NCBI GenBank assembly: GCA_040385565.1 | Contig: JAZKHD010000010.1 | Span: forward strand, 33,075-97,074 | Source: Bacteroidota bacterium | Lineage (GTDB): Bacteria; Bacteroidota; Bacteroidia; Sphingobacteriales; Sphingobacteriaceae | DNA: 64,000 bases | Direction of reading: 5' to 3' | Shown here: in pieces, positions 26,518 to 37,531 of the stretch | Layout: every line of letters starts with the position of its first letter | Numbering within the stretch: position 1 is the first letter of the stretch | The notes under the pieces: model-generated | The model's input: the letters and a program-made list of their open reading frames with translations, nothing else | Databases searched by the model: none | Told to the model about the DNA's origin: nothing | Made by a program: the position numbers and the translations under genes

Positions 26518-29169
26518 ATGAACCAGCAACTACACAGGCTAGCGATAGCGCTGATCATTACAATTTCAATCGCAGTTACTAATAAGGCAGGCGCACAAAA
26601 GCTATCTGTTTATGATTTAACGGTTGAACATCTAACTAACCCAATGAGTGTAGATAGTCCCAATCCAAGGTTTAGCTGGAAACTTAAGTCGACTGTAAAA
26701 AGTACTGTTCAAAAAAGCTATGAAATAAAATTGGGTACTAATGCAAAGGTTACAGGCAATGTACTTTGGTTAGGTAATAAGACTAGTGATCAATCTGTAT
26801 TGGTGTCCTACGATGGTCCAGCATTGAACAGCAAAACAAAATATTATTGGCAGGTAAGGGTTAAAGACAACCATGGCAACACTTCTGCATGGTCGGCCGT
26901 GCAGTATTTCCAAACAGGTTTAACAGCGTCCGACTGGACGGCAAAATGGATTGCTGTTAGCGGAAAGGATGATTCGCCGGTGAGTCCGCTTTTAAGAAAA
27001 GAATTCTCACTTGCTAAGGCCATTCGCTCTGCCACTGCATACATAACTGCTAAAGGACTTTATGAAGCACAAATCAATGGGAAGAAAGTTAGCGATAGTT
27101 ATTTTGCACCAGGCTGGACCAGTTATAAAGACCATATTCAATATCAGGTTTATGATGTAACAACAGCTTTGAAAAAAGGCGCTAACGCAATTGGTGTTAC
27201 GATGGGTGATGGCTGGTACAAAGGAAACATAGGATTTGGCGGACAGTACAATTTCTACGGCAACACCAGGTCACTTTTAATGCAAGTTGAAGTAGTTTAT
27301 ACTGATGGAACTAAAGAGACCATACAAAGTGACGAAAGCTGGAAATTCGGAACGGGACCAATATTAACATCACAAATATATCACGGTGAAACCTACGATG
27401 CCAGACTGGAAAAAGCTGGTTGGGCAAATGCAGGATATAAAGAAGACGAAAGCTGGAAAGCGGTACAAGTTGTGGAGGCCGGACCAGCAAGAATAATTGG
27501 CATGAGCGGTCCTTCTGTAACCAAGCATGAAGAGTTTAAAGCAATAAAAATCATTAAAACTCCTGCGGGTGAAAACGTTGTTGACTTCGGACAAAATCTA
27601 GTAGGCTGGGCAATAGTAAAGGCAAGAGGAGCTGCAGGAACCAAGATCACTTTAAGTCATGCAGAGGTTTTAACTAAGGAGGGTAACTTCTATACAGTTA
27701 ACTTAAGAACGGCTAAGCAACAGAACAACTACATCTTAAAAGGAAGTGGCGAAGAAGTATTTGAACCCCATTTTACTTTCCAGGGATTCAGGTACATAAA
27801 AGTAGAGGGCTACCCGGGCGAGCTCAATCTGGATGACTTCAAGGCAGTAGCTGTATATTCTGATATGAAAACCACTGGTAAGTTTACAACCTCAAATCCC
27901 TTATTGAACCAGTTGCAACACAACATCCAATGGGGTCAGCGCGGCAATTTTGTGGATGTGCCAACCGATTGTCCGCAACGCGACGAACGATTAGGATGGA
28001 CGGGTGATGCTCAGGCTTTTGCAAGCACTGCTGCTTATAATATGGATGTTGCGGGATTCTTTACCAAATGGTTAAAGGATGTGAAAGCTGACCAAACGTC
28101 CACTGGTGCGATTCCTCATGTTGTTCCTAATGTAATGGATGCAGGACAAAGTGGTGCAACAGGTTGGGCAGATGTCGCCACCATTATTCCATGGGATATG
28201 TACGTTCTTTATGGTGATAAAGGAATTCTGGAAGTACAGTATGACAGCATGAAAAAATGGGTGGATTTCATGACATCGAAATCTAAAAATAATCTTTGGA
28301 ACCAGGGGTTTCACTTTGGCGACTGGCTGTTTTACCGTCCTGATGATGATAATGATGGCCGCGCATCGGTTACTGACAAGTATATGATTGCCCAGACTTT
28401 CTACGGGCACTCAACGCAATTGCTGTTAAATACTGCAAACGTGCTGGGTAAAACAGATGACATAGCTAAATATGGTGCACTATTACAAAACATTAAAAAT
28501 GCATATGTGAAAGAGTATATGACACCAAATGGCAAGTTGGTTTCAAATACACAAACAGCATACGTATTGGCTTTACAATTTGATATGCTGCCTGAGACTT
28601 TAAGGCAACAAGCGGCAGAAAGGCTGGTTGCCAATGTACGTGATTATGGAAATCACTTAACAACCGGTTTTTTGGGCACACCTTACTTATGCCATGTGCT
28701 AAGCAGATTTGGTTTTGATAATGTAGCCTATGATTTATTGATGCAGGAGAGCTATCCTTCGTGGTTGTATCCGGTAAAAATGGGTGCAACTACCATTTGG
28801 GAAAGATGGGATGGAATTAAACCAAACGGCTCTTTCCAAACACCAGACATGAACTCTTTTAATCACTATGCCTATGGCGCAATTGGCGACTGGATGTATA
28901 AAAATGTATCCGGTATTAATCCTGTTTCTACTGCACCAGGATATAAAGCAATTTTGATAGCCCCAAAACCGGGTGGTAAATTGACTAGTGCTTCTGCAGA
29001 ACTGGATACTTCGTACGGCACAGTGAAATCTGCCTGGACATTAAAAGATGGATTATTTAAGTTGGATGTAACTGTTCCTGCAAATACCAAAGCAACTGTT
29101 GTCTTGCCTAAAAGTGGCAAAAAAGAAGAAATAGGCTCTGGCAACTACCATTTTGAATATCAATACTAA
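26518..29169 (+). CDS. alpha-L-rhamnosidase (GH78)
   Basis: 883-aa ORF with a signal peptide. It has the N-terminal rhamnosidase domain pattern (PRFSWKL, YYWQVRV) and the catalytic six-hairpin region DCPQRDERLGWTGDAQ. Confidence 0.9.
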   Translation: MNQQLHRLAIALIITISIAVTNKAGAQKLSVYDLTVEHLTNPMSVDSPNPRFSWKLKSTVKSTVQKSYEIKLGTNAKVTGNVLWLGNKTSDQSVLVSYDGPALNSKTKYYWQVRVKDNHGNTSAWSAVQYFQTGLTASDWTAKWIAVSGKDDSPVSPLLRKEFSLAKAIRSATAYITAKGLYEAQINGKKVSDSYFAPGWTSYKDHIQYQVYDVTTALKKGANAIGVTMGDGWYKGNIGFGGQYNFYGNTRSLLMQVEVVYTDGTKETIQSDESWKFGTGPILTSQIYHGETYDARLEKAGWANAGYKEDESWKAVQVVEAGPARIIGMSGPSVTKHEEFKAIKIIKTPAGENVVDFGQNLVGWAIVKARGAAGTKITLSHAEVLTKEGNFYTVNLRTAKQQNNYILKGSGEEVFEPHFTFQGFRYIKVEGYPGELNLDDFKAVAVYSDMKTTGKFTTSNPLLNQLQHNIQWGQRGNFVDVPTDCPQRDERLGWTGDAQAFASTAAYNMDVAGFFTKWLKDVKADQTSTGAIPHVVPNVMDAGQSGATGWADVATIIPWDMYVLYGDKGILEVQYDSMKKWVDFMTSKSKNNLWNQGFHFGDWLFYRPDDDNDGRASVTDKYMIAQTFYGHSTQLLLNTANVLGKTDDIAKYGALLQNIKNAYVKEYMTPNGKLVSNTQTAYVLALQFDMLPETLRQQAAERLVANVRDYGNHLTTGFLGTPYLCHVLSRFGFDNVAYDLLMQESYPSWLYPVKMGATTIWERWDGIKPNGSFQTPDMNSFNHYAYGAIGDWMYKNVSGINPVSTAPGYKAILIAPKPGGKLTSASAELDTSYGTVKSAWTLKDGLFKLDVTVPANTKATVVLPKSGKKEEIGSGNYHFEYQY

Positions 29170-29205
29170 ATACCTTACATTGTAAGTACAACACTACACA
29201 CAAAT

Positions 29206-31884
29206 ATGAAATCTCTTTTAAAAAGATCTTTTACACAGTTGGTATTTCTGCTTGCCTTAAGCTGCTCAATTACAGTATATGGTCGCGCAATTACTACACC
29301 AATAGCTTTGCAATGCGAACACCTTGTTACTCCGTTAGGAGTTGATGTTTCCAATCCTCGTTTATCATGGATGATGCAGGATACTCGTCAGGGTGCAAAG
29401 CAACTGGCTTATCGGGTGTATGTTAGCAAAGATTCAATGGAAGTGGCTAATAAAAAGGGGGTTTCATGGGATTCGGGTAAACAGGCTTCAGCTGCTAGTC
29501 TTGTTATTTATAAAGGTAAGGCGTTAGAACCTTATACAAAATATTACTGGCTGGTAGAAATTTGGGGGAAAGATGGATTAACAAGTTCCTCAAAATCAAT
29601 ATCCAGCTTTGAAACCGGGTTAATGACGATGGCTAACTGGAAAGGAGCCTGGATTAGTGATGGAACAGACATCAATGCGAAACCTGCACCGTATTTTAGG
29701 AAGGTGTTTAGTGCGGAGAAAAAGATAAAATCAGCAAGGGCTTATATCGCCTGTGGCGGATTATATGAACTTTATTTGAACGGTAAAAAAGTAGGCAACC
29801 ACAGAATGGACCCTATGTTTACGCGGTATGATAGAAGAACCCTGTATGTGTCCTATGATGTTACCGGGCATTTGCAAAACGGCAAAAATGCAATTGGTGT
29901 TATACTGGGTAATGGTTGGTATAACCATCAATCTACCGCCGTATGGGATTTTCATAAAGCACCATGGAGAAACAGGCCAACTTTCTGTCTGGACCTTCGG
30001 GTAACTTATAGTGATGGAACTGTAGAGACCATCTCATCTAACAGGGATTGGAAGACGTCTTTAAGTCCGATTATTTTTAACAGCATTTATACTGCGGAGC
30101 ACTATGATGCCCGCCTGGAGCAAATTGGCTGGAATGTGGTAAATTTTGATGATGCCAAATGGAAAAATGCAAGTTTAAGGACTGCACCTTCAGGAAATGT
30201 GGTTTCACAGATGATGCATCCGGTAAGAAATGTAGAAAAAATCAATGCGATTAGTGTGAATAAAGTAAATGACACAGCTTATGTATTTGATTTAGGTAGA
30301 AACATATCCGGCGTAAGCCAGATTAGTTTACACGGAGAGGCAGGAACAGAAGTGCGGTTAAAACACGCAGAGCGATTGTACAAGAACGGGAGGGCCGATA
30401 TGTCGAACATTGATCAGCATTATCGCCCAACTGATGATAAAGATCCCTTCCAGGTTGATATTGTGACATTGAGCGGCAGAGGTGAAGAGACTTTCACTCC
30501 ACATTTCAATTACAAAGGGTTTCAATATGTAGAAGTAACTAGTAGCAAACCCATTCAATTAACCAAAAATAGTCTAACCGGCTATTTTATGCACAGTGAC
30601 GTGCCGGTGGTTGGTGAAATTAAGTCATCAAACCCCACTCTGGAAAAAATCTGGTTTGCTGCGAATAGTTCCTATCTATCTAACCTTTTTGGGTATCCAA
30701 CTGACTGCCCTACAAGAGAAAAGAATGGCTGGACAGGTGATGCGCAAATCGCTGTTGAGACCGGACTATACAGCTTTGATGGCATTACAGTTTATGAAAA
30801 ATGGCTTGATGATCATCGTGATGAGCAACAACCAAACGGCGTATTACCTTCGATTATCCCAACTGATGGCTGGGGATATGATTGGGGTAACGGACCGGAC
30901 TGGACCAGCACCATCGCAGTTATTCCATGGAACATTTACCTTTACTATGGCGATGACAAGATCCTTTCTGCCAATTACGCAAATATGAAACGCTATGTGG
31001 ACCACATTACAGATATTAGTCCGTCGGGCCTTACAACCTGGGGCTTGGGCGATTGGGTGCCAGTTAGCGATAAACCTCCTGTTGAATTTACTTCTTCCGC
31101 TTATTATTATGCAGATGCAGTAATCCTTTCTAAAACAGCAAAGCTGCTGAACAAACAAGACGACTATCAAAAGTATGCTGCATTAGCACAAAAGATAAAG
31201 AATGCTTTCAATACAAAATACCTGAAAAGTAATGGTATTTATGGAGACGGCAGACAAACAGAATTATGCATGCCATTATACTGGAATATTGTTCCGGAAG
31301 CCATGAAAGCTAAAGTAGCCGCTAACCTGGCCAAAAAAGTAGAGGCCAGCAACAACCACCTGGATGTTGGTTTATTAGGTACAAAAGCGATTTTAAATGC
31401 CTTGAGCGAAAATGGCTATGCCGATCTTGCCTACAAGGTAGCAGCACAGGAAACCTATCCTTCCTGGGGCTGGTGGATTGTAAATGGTGCAACTACACTC
31501 TATGAAAACTGGAGAATAGATGCAAAAAACGACATATCATTAAACCATATCATGTTTGGCGAAGTAGGCGCATGGCTTTATAAAGGATTGGGAGGAATTA
31601 GAACAGATGAACGGCAACCCGGCTTCAAAAATGTGTTGTTAAAACCTAGCTTTGCTACAGGTTTAGATCAGTTTGAAGCCAAACATACTGGTCCATATGG
31701 AGAGATCATTTCCTCATGGAAAAGAAATGGTGATGCGGTGGTGTATAAAGTAACCGTTCCAGCCAACTCGACTGCTACTCTATATTTTCCACTTACAGCA
31801 GGAAAGAAAGCCTATAGTGCGGGTAAGCTGGTTACGGACGTTTATAACATTGCAGCCGGACAATACCAATTTGAAATAAAGTAA
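29206..31884 (+). CDS. alpha-L-rhamnosidase (GH78), second paralog
   Basis: 892-aa ORF with a signal peptide. Motifs PRLSWMM, YYWLVEIW and DCPTREKNGWTGDAQ are present. Confidence 0.9.
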   Translation: MKSLLKRSFTQLVFLLALSCSITVYGRAITTPIALQCEHLVTPLGVDVSNPRLSWMMQDTRQGAKQLAYRVYVSKDSMEVANKKGVSWDSGKQASAASLVIYKGKALEPYTKYYWLVEIWGKDGLTSSSKSISSFETGLMTMANWKGAWISDGTDINAKPAPYFRKVFSAEKKIKSARAYIACGGLYELYLNGKKVGNHRMDPMFTRYDRRTLYVSYDVTGHLQNGKNAIGVILGNGWYNHQSTAVWDFHKAPWRNRPTFCLDLRVTYSDGTVETISSNRDWKTSLSPIIFNSIYTAEHYDARLEQIGWNVVNFDDAKWKNASLRTAPSGNVVSQMMHPVRNVEKINAISVNKVNDTAYVFDLGRNISGVSQISLHGEAGTEVRLKHAERLYKNGRADMSNIDQHYRPTDDKDPFQVDIVTLSGRGEETFTPHFNYKGFQYVEVTSSKPIQLTKNSLTGYFMHSDVPVVGEIKSSNPTLEKIWFAANSSYLSNLFGYPTDCPTREKNGWTGDAQIAVETGLYSFDGITVYEKWLDDHRDEQQPNGVLPSIIPTDGWGYDWGNGPDWTSTIAVIPWNIYLYYGDDKILSANYANMKRYVDHITDISPSGLTTWGLGDWVPVSDKPPVEFTSSAYYYADAVILSKTAKLLNKQDDYQKYAALAQKIKNAFNTKYLKSNGIYGDGRQTELCMPLYWNIVPEAMKAKVAANLAKKVEASNNHLDVGLLGTKAILNALSENGYADLAYKVAAQETYPSWGWWIVNGATTLYENWRIDAKNDISLNHIMFGEVGAWLYKGLGGIRTDERQPGFKNVLLKPSFATGLDQFEAKHTGPYGEIISSWKRNGDAVVYKVTVPANSTATLYFPLTAGKKAYSAGKLVTDVYNIAAGQYQFEIK

Positions 31885-31886
31885 GA

Positions 31887-32918
31887 ATGAAACCAGCAAC
31901 TTTCTTTGATTTTATTAGCATTGATGAATACTCGGCAACACCCAAATATTTACAATTGGGAAGTGCTGTGATAGATGCAATTGAGCAAGGGAAGCTTGAC
32001 CAGGACAATTTGTTGCCCTCTATTAATGAACTCAGCATTAAACTTGAAATTTCCAGAGACACAGCAGAAAAAGGATATAAATACCTGAAAAACATTGGTG
32101 TTATTAAATCTGTACCCGGTAAAGGATATTACATCGCTAACGTAGAGTTCAAACAGAAACTAAAGGTTTTCTTGCTATTTAATAAGTTAAGTGCACATAA
32201 AAAAATTGTTTACGATGCATTTATAGCTGCACTGGGAGATGAGGTGGCTGTAGATTTTTATATATACAACAATGATTTCAGGCTGTTTAAGCGCTTCCTG
32301 ACAAATAAAAAAGAACACTATTCACACTATGTGATTATTCCTCATTTTATTGAAGGAGAAGAATATGCCAGGGACATCATCAATCACATTCCTAAAGAAA
32401 AGTTAGTGCTACTTGATAAAAAGATTGCCGGGGTTGATGGGGAGTATGCTGCTGCCTATGAAAACTTTGAAAAAAACATATACGAAGCACTTGAGCAGGC
32501 AAAAGAGGAGCTAAGCAAGTATCATACATTAAAGATCATTTTCCCGAGAAAAAGTTATTTCCCGAAGGAGATATTGGATGGCTTTCATAGGTTTTGCCAG
32601 CAGTATGCGTTCTCACACCATGTAGTTAGCAACATTAGCACTGAACCCATCAATGAAGGTGAGGTTTTTATTAACCTGATGGAAGCTGACTTGGTTATAT
32701 TACTTGAGCGATTGATTAGCCTCAATTTTAAAATTGGGAAAGACATAGGTGTGATATCTTATAACGAAACACCTTTAAAAAAAATACTTTTAAACGGCAT
32801 CACAACAATATCTACCGATTTCAAATTTATGGGTACGGTTGCCGCCAATCTTATATTAGACAATAGTAAGCGGCATGTAGAAGTTCCCTTTTACTATACC
32901 AAGAGGGCTTCCTTATAA
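31887..32918 (+). CDS. GntR-HTH transcriptional regulator with a sugar-binding (LacI/PBP1-like) effector domain
   Basis: 343-aa ORF. The N-terminal winged helix is LPSINELSIKLEISRDTAEKGYKYLKNIGVIKSVPGKGYYI. The ~260-aa C-terminal domain resembles periplasmic-binding-fold sensors. Confidence 0.7.
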   Translation: MKPATFFDFISIDEYSATPKYLQLGSAVIDAIEQGKLDQDNLLPSINELSIKLEISRDTAEKGYKYLKNIGVIKSVPGKGYYIANVEFKQKLKVFLLFNKLSAHKKIVYDAFIAALGDEVAVDFYIYNNDFRLFKRFLTNKKEHYSHYVIIPHFIEGEEYARDIINHIPKEKLVLLDKKIAGVDGEYAAAYENFEKNIYEALEQAKEELSKYHTLKIIFPRKSYFPKEILDGFHRFCQQYAFSHHVVSNISTEPINEGEVFINLMEADLVILLERLISLNFKIGKDIGVISYNETPLKKILLNGITTISTDFKFMGTVAANLILDNSKRHVEVPFYYTKRASL

Positions 32919-33015
32919 TAATGGAATCCGCTTTTCATGATAGTACAGGACGGTTTAGCAGATCAATAACTATAAATTAGTAACCATATATTTCTAACCA
33001 AATTATAAAAAACGT

Positions 33016-34107
33016 ATGCAGGTCATCTTCGGAGTAATTTTTCATTTTATTGGGGGTTTTGCCTCCGGTAGTTTCTACGTACCCTATAAAAAAGTTAAGG
33101 GCTGGGCCTGGGAGAGCTATTGGATTGTTGGTGGCCTATTTTCCTGGTTAATTGTTCCCCCAATTGCTGCATACTTAACCATACCTAACTTTACTGATAT
33201 TATAGCAAGTACCACCGGCAGTATCTTAATGCTTACCTATTTTTTTGGTGTGCTTTGGGGTATAGGAGGCTTGACGTACGGCCTGGGTGTTCGCTATCTT
33301 GGCGTTTCGCTGGGCAGCAGCATTATTTTGGGCCTTTGTATGGTTATCGGCTCAATCCTTCCATCAATCTATTTCGAGTTTTTCCCACAGGAAGGAAAAG
33401 ATGCTTTTAGTGTATTCTTAACCACCGACTGGGGCCGTATGGTAATGTTAGGCCTGGCAGTTTGCGTATTGGGTATCATCGTTTGTGGGAAAGCAGGCAT
33501 GATGAAAGAGAAAGAAATCAAAGCCGACATCACAGATCCTCATGGCATGGAGGTGAAAACTGAATACAAATTTGGTTTGGGCTTGTTTGTAGGTATTGTG
33601 TCGGGTGTTTTGAGCGCCTGCTTTAATTTTGGCATCGAGGCAGGTAAACCATTGGCAGACGCTGCAAATTCCATATGGAAAGCTGCAAATCCTTCAGAAA
33701 CAGGTAATTTTTTATTCCAAAATAACGTAACCTATATCATTGTGCTTTGGGGTGGCTTAACTACCAATTTTATCTGGTGCATGGTCTTAAATGCCAGAAA
33801 TAAAACATTCGGTGATTACACTAAAAAGAGTACTCCGCTTCTTAAAAATTACATCTTCTCTGCACTGGCCGGAACAACCTGGTTTTTGCAATTCTTTTTC
33901 TACGGAATGGGAGAAAGTAAAATGGGGAACGGTGCCAGTTCATGGATACTGCACATGGCCTTTATCATTTTAATAGCCAATGCCTGGGGGTTAGTATTAA
34001 AAGAGTGGAGTGGCGTACAAAAGAAAACATTAATTACCGTAATAGCAGGTATTGCTATTATTATACTATCAGTAGTGATAGTAGGCTATGGTAATTCTTT
34101 AAAATAA
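33016..34107 (+). CDS. rhaT: L-rhamnose/H+ symporter
   Basis: 363-aa 10-TM ORF. The N-terminus GVIFHFIGGFASGSFYVPYKKVKGWAWESYW is RhaT-like. The genomic context is rhamnose catabolism. Confidence 0.85.
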   Translation: MQVIFGVIFHFIGGFASGSFYVPYKKVKGWAWESYWIVGGLFSWLIVPPIAAYLTIPNFTDIIASTTGSILMLTYFFGVLWGIGGLTYGLGVRYLGVSLGSSIILGLCMVIGSILPSIYFEFFPQEGKDAFSVFLTTDWGRMVMLGLAVCVLGIIVCGKAGMMKEKEIKADITDPHGMEVKTEYKFGLGLFVGIVSGVLSACFNFGIEAGKPLADAANSIWKAANPSETGNFLFQNNVTYIIVLWGGLTTNFIWCMVLNARNKTFGDYTKKSTPLLKNYIFSALAGTTWFLQFFFYGMGESKMGNGASSWILHMAFIILIANAWGLVLKEWSGVQKKTLITVIAGIAIIILSVVIVGYGNSLK

Positions 34108-34121
34108 TATATATACGATTT

Positions 34122-36242
34122 ATGACTGTTAGAACGACTGATTTTAAACATGTAAGCTACTTATGGGATGATGCAAAAGCCGCGGAATTGGCGGGTGATG
34201 AAGTTGCATTGTTGATTTACCGATCCAATTTACTGGGAGCAGATTTACGCCTTACCAATTATGGTGGCGGAAATACATCCTGCAAAGCGACCACTAAACA
34301 TCCGCTTACGGGTGAAGATACCCGTGTAATGTGGGTTAAAGGGTCAGGAGGAGATATTGGTACGTTGAAGAAAAGCGGACTGGCAGCCTTGTACGTTGAT
34401 CGTTTAGAAAGCTTAAAAAACATTTACCGTGGTTTAGAACATGAAGATGAAATGGTTGAATTATTTAACCATTGCATTTATGATTTGGCCTCAAAAGCGC
34501 CTTCTATTGATACCGCATTGCACGGATTTTTACCATTTAACCACATAGACCATTTACACCCTGATGCGGCTATTGCAATTGCAGCGGCTAAAGATGGTAA
34601 AGCAATTACTGAACAACTGTTTAATGGCGAAATAGGATGGGTGGAATGGCAAAAGCCAGGCTTTGATTTAGGTTTACAGCTAAAAGCTTGTCTTGATGAA
34701 AACCCGGGCATCAAAGGAATTATGTTAGGCTCACACGGTTTATTTACCTGGGGTAATACAGCTTACGAAAGCTATTTAAACACTTTAGAAGTTATAGAAC
34801 GATGTGCTGCATACCTGGAAGAAAATTATGGTAAAAAGGCCCCGGTATTTGGCGGTCAGAAATTATCCAGCTTGGGCGAATCAGACCGTAAAAAGCAGGC
34901 CGCTGCATTGGCTCCTGTTCTAAGGGGTTTATGCTCTAGCAAGAACCACATGATTGGCCACTTTACAGACGATTCCCGCGTGTTGGAATTTATTAATTCT
35001 AATGATTTAGACCGTCTAGCGCCATTGGGTACCAGTTGTCCGGATCACTTTCTGCGTACAAAGATTAGTCCGCTGGTATTGAAACTTGATCCATCCGAAG
35101 ATTTAAGTGATGTAAAAGCGCTAAAAGCAAAACTGCTTCCAGAATTTGAAGCATATAGGGCGATGTACACCGAATATTATGAAACATGCAAGCATGCGAA
35201 TAGTCCGGCAATACGAGACACCAATCCTGTAATCATATTATATCCGGGAGTGGGCATGTTCTCATTCTCAAAAGACAAGCAAACGGCAAGAGTTGCGGCT
35301 GAATTTTATACCAATGCCATTAACGTGATGAAAGGCGCAGAGGCCATTTCATCGTACACTTCTTTACCGAGACAAGAAGCGTTTAACATCGAATACTGGT
35401 TATTGGAAGAAGCTAAGCTGCAACGCATGCCTAAGCCAAAAGCTTTATCAGGCAAAATTGCTTTAGTTACCGGTAGTGCAGGCGGTATTGGTAAGGCCAT
35501 TGCTAAGAAATTCATAGATGAAGGCGCGGTTGTCGTAGTCAATGATAATGATGCAGGCCGTTTGGCAGAAGCTGATAACTGGTTTGGTGCGGCCTACAGT
35601 AAAGACAGCTATAGTACAGCGTTATTAGATGTAACCAGTGGTGATCAAATTAGGGAAGCATATAACACTGCAGCACTAGCCTTTGGTGGTGTTGATATTG
35701 TGGTAAACTGTGCGGGACTATCCATCTCTAAACCTATTGAGGAGCACACAGAAAAAGATTGGGATATTTTATATGGTGTTTTGGTAAAAGGCCAATTTTT
35801 TGTTACCCAGGCGGGTGTAGAAGTAATGCGCAAGCAGGACATAGGTGGCGATGTAATTAATATAGTAAGTAAAAACGCATTAGTTTCCGGACCAAATAAC
35901 GCAGGATACGGATCGGCCAAAGCGGCACAGCTGCATTTAAGCAGATTGAATGCAGCTGAGCTTGGCGCCGATAAAATAAAAGTTAATGTAGTTAACCCAG
36001 ATGCGGTGATATCTGACAGTAAGATCTGGGCGGGTGCATGGGCAGAAGGAAGAGCAAAAGCTTACGGAATTACTGTAGCAGAACTTCCGGGCTTTTATGC
36101 TAAGAGGACTTTGCTTAATGAAGTCATTTTACCTGAAGACATCGCGAATGCTTGTTTTGCAGTAACCGGTGGTTTACTCAACAAGTCCACAGGAAATGTT
36201 TTAAATGTAGACGGTGGTGTAGCCACTGCTTTTGTACGTTAA
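34122..36242 (+). CDS. bifunctional rhamnulose-1-phosphate aldolase / short-chain dehydrogenase (RhaEW-type)
   Basis: 706-aa ORF. A class II aldolase-like N-terminal half is fused to a C-terminal SDR with VTGSAGGIGKAIA (Rossmann) and YGSAKAA (YxxxK). Confidence 0.85.
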   Translation: MTVRTTDFKHVSYLWDDAKAAELAGDEVALLIYRSNLLGADLRLTNYGGGNTSCKATTKHPLTGEDTRVMWVKGSGGDIGTLKKSGLAALYVDRLESLKNIYRGLEHEDEMVELFNHCIYDLASKAPSIDTALHGFLPFNHIDHLHPDAAIAIAAAKDGKAITEQLFNGEIGWVEWQKPGFDLGLQLKACLDENPGIKGIMLGSHGLFTWGNTAYESYLNTLEVIERCAAYLEENYGKKAPVFGGQKLSSLGESDRKKQAAALAPVLRGLCSSKNHMIGHFTDDSRVLEFINSNDLDRLAPLGTSCPDHFLRTKISPLVLKLDPSEDLSDVKALKAKLLPEFEAYRAMYTEYYETCKHANSPAIRDTNPVIILYPGVGMFSFSKDKQTARVAAEFYTNAINVMKGAEAISSYTSLPRQEAFNIEYWLLEEAKLQRMPKPKALSGKIALVTGSAGGIGKAIAKKFIDEGAVVVVNDNDAGRLAEADNWFGAAYSKDSYSTALLDVTSGDQIREAYNTAALAFGGVDIVVNCAGLSISKPIEEHTEKDWDILYGVLVKGQFFVTQAGVEVMRKQDIGGDVINIVSKNALVSGPNNAGYGSAKAAQLHLSRLNAAELGADKIKVNVVNPDAVISDSKIWAGAWAEGRAKAYGITVAELPGFYAKRTLLNEVILPEDIANACFAVTGGLLNKSTGNVLNVDGGVATAFVR

Positions 36243-36253
36243 ATTGTAACAAC

Positions 36254-37528
36254 ATGAAATTAGAAAACCATCACATAGAGTCAAATAACGAAGAATTGCT
36301 GACTAGCCACAAACGCAAGTTTGACTTTATTAATTCAGAAATTGAAGGTGCTGCAGGTATATTGGAAAAACTAATTGCATTCCAGATTGCAATTCCAAGT
36401 TGGGCTTTAGGCACCGGCGGTACACGCTTTGGTCGTTTTTCATCAGGAGGTGAGCCTCGTAACATAGAAGAAAAGATTGAAGATATAGGATTACTGCACA
36501 AGCTCAATGGAGCTAGCGGTGCTATTTCGTTACACATTCCGTGGGATACTGCCGACAATCCGGCTGCCATAAAAGCACTCGCGGCGCAACATGGGTTGCG
36601 TTTTGATGCCATGAATTCTAATACTTTTCAGGATCAGGCTAATCAGGAAAAGAGTTACAAGTTTGGCTCATTGCAACATGTAGATAAAGCAGTTCGCCAG
36701 CAGGCTATCGACCATAATATTGAAGTAATCAGACAGGGTATAGAACTGGGCTCTAAGGCACTAACGGTATGGCTGGCTGATGGATCATGCTTTCCAGGAC
36801 AACTAAACTTTAGAAAGGCATTTCAGAACACACTAGAGAGTTTAAAAGTTATTTACGCTGCCCTTCCCGATGATTGGAAAGTGTTTGTAGAATATAAAGC
36901 GTTTGAACCAAACTTTTACTCAACTACGGTGGGCGACTGGGGTCAATCTCTATTGTATGCCAGCAAACTAGGTCCTAAGGCGTATACACTAGTAGATCTT
37001 GGTCACCATTTACCAAATGCAAACATTGAACAAATTGTTTCTTTATTGCTGATGGAAGAAAAGCTGGGTGGTTTCCACTTCAACGATTCTAAGTACGGTG
37101 ACGATGATTTAACAGCAGGTAGCATGAAGCCTTACCAACTGTTCTTAATATTTAATGAATTAGTTGAAGGTATGGATGCCCGTGGCATGGACCACAGGGA
37201 AGATTTAGGTTGGATGATAGATGCTTCACATAATGTGAAAGATCCATTAGAAGATTTATTGCAATCAGTAGAAGCGATTATGATTGCCTATGCGCAAGCC
37301 CTTTCGGTAGATCGTAAAGCTTTATTAGAAGCACAAGCGGTAAACGATGTTGTACGCGCTCAAGAGATTTTGCAACAGGCATTTAGAACAGACGTTAGAC
37401 CATTGGTAGCGGAAGCACGTCTGCGTGCAGGTGCTGCGTTATCACCGTTGGAAGTATATAGAAAACTTAAGGTTAGGGAAGAACTGATTAAAAATCGCGG
37501 TGCTAAAACCGTAGCAACCGGACTATAA
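36254..37528 (+). CDS. rhaI: L-rhamnose isomerase (non-enterobacterial RhaI type, TIM barrel)
   Basis: ORF 36152-37528. I chose the start at ATG 36254 (MKLENHH) because the upstream part overlaps the previous gene. Size and context fit the RhaI-type isomerase. Confidence 0.75.
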   Translation: MKLENHHIESNNEELLTSHKRKFDFINSEIEGAAGILEKLIAFQIAIPSWALGTGGTRFGRFSSGGEPRNIEEKIEDIGLLHKLNGASGAISLHIPWDTADNPAAIKALAAQHGLRFDAMNSNTFQDQANQEKSYKFGSLQHVDKAVRQQAIDHNIEVIRQGIELGSKALTVWLADGSCFPGQLNFRKAFQNTLESLKVIYAALPDDWKVFVEYKAFEPNFYSTTVGDWGQSLLYASKLGPKAYTLVDLGHHLPNANIEQIVSLLLMEEKLGGFHFNDSKYGDDDLTAGSMKPYQLFLIFNELVEGMDARGMDHREDLGWMIDASHNVKDPLEDLLQSVEAIMIAYAQALSVDRKALLEAQAVNDVVRAQEILQQAFRTDVRPLVAEARLRAGAALSPLEVYRKLKVREELIKNRGAKTVATGL

Positions 37529-37531
37529 TTA

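Noticed and set aside
29174-29186. A 13-bp perfect palindrome, CTTACA-T-TGTAAG, in the 36-bp gap between the two GH78 genes, considered as a candidate operator for the GntR-type regulator.
   Set aside because: It occurs only once. I did not find it upstream of 26518, 31887 or 33016. A 6-1-6 palindrome is not rare enough in 64 kb to stand alone.
26518-31884. Whether the rhamnosidase region is a classical polysaccharide utilisation locus (PUL).
   Set aside because: No SusC-like TonB receptor or SusD-like lipoprotein lies adjacent. The only TonB-dependent receptor (5189-7327) is 19 kb away and sits in a different operon context.
36152-36253. A 34-codon N-terminal extension of the rhamnose isomerase ORF that overlaps the end of the aldolase/SDR gene.
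   Set aside because: The extension (MFCSNRWFTQQVHRKCFKCRRWCSHCFCTLNCNN) is Cys/Arg-rich and is simply the alternative frame of the preceding gene. The ATG at 36254, 11 nt after the upstream stop, gives a normal N-terminus.
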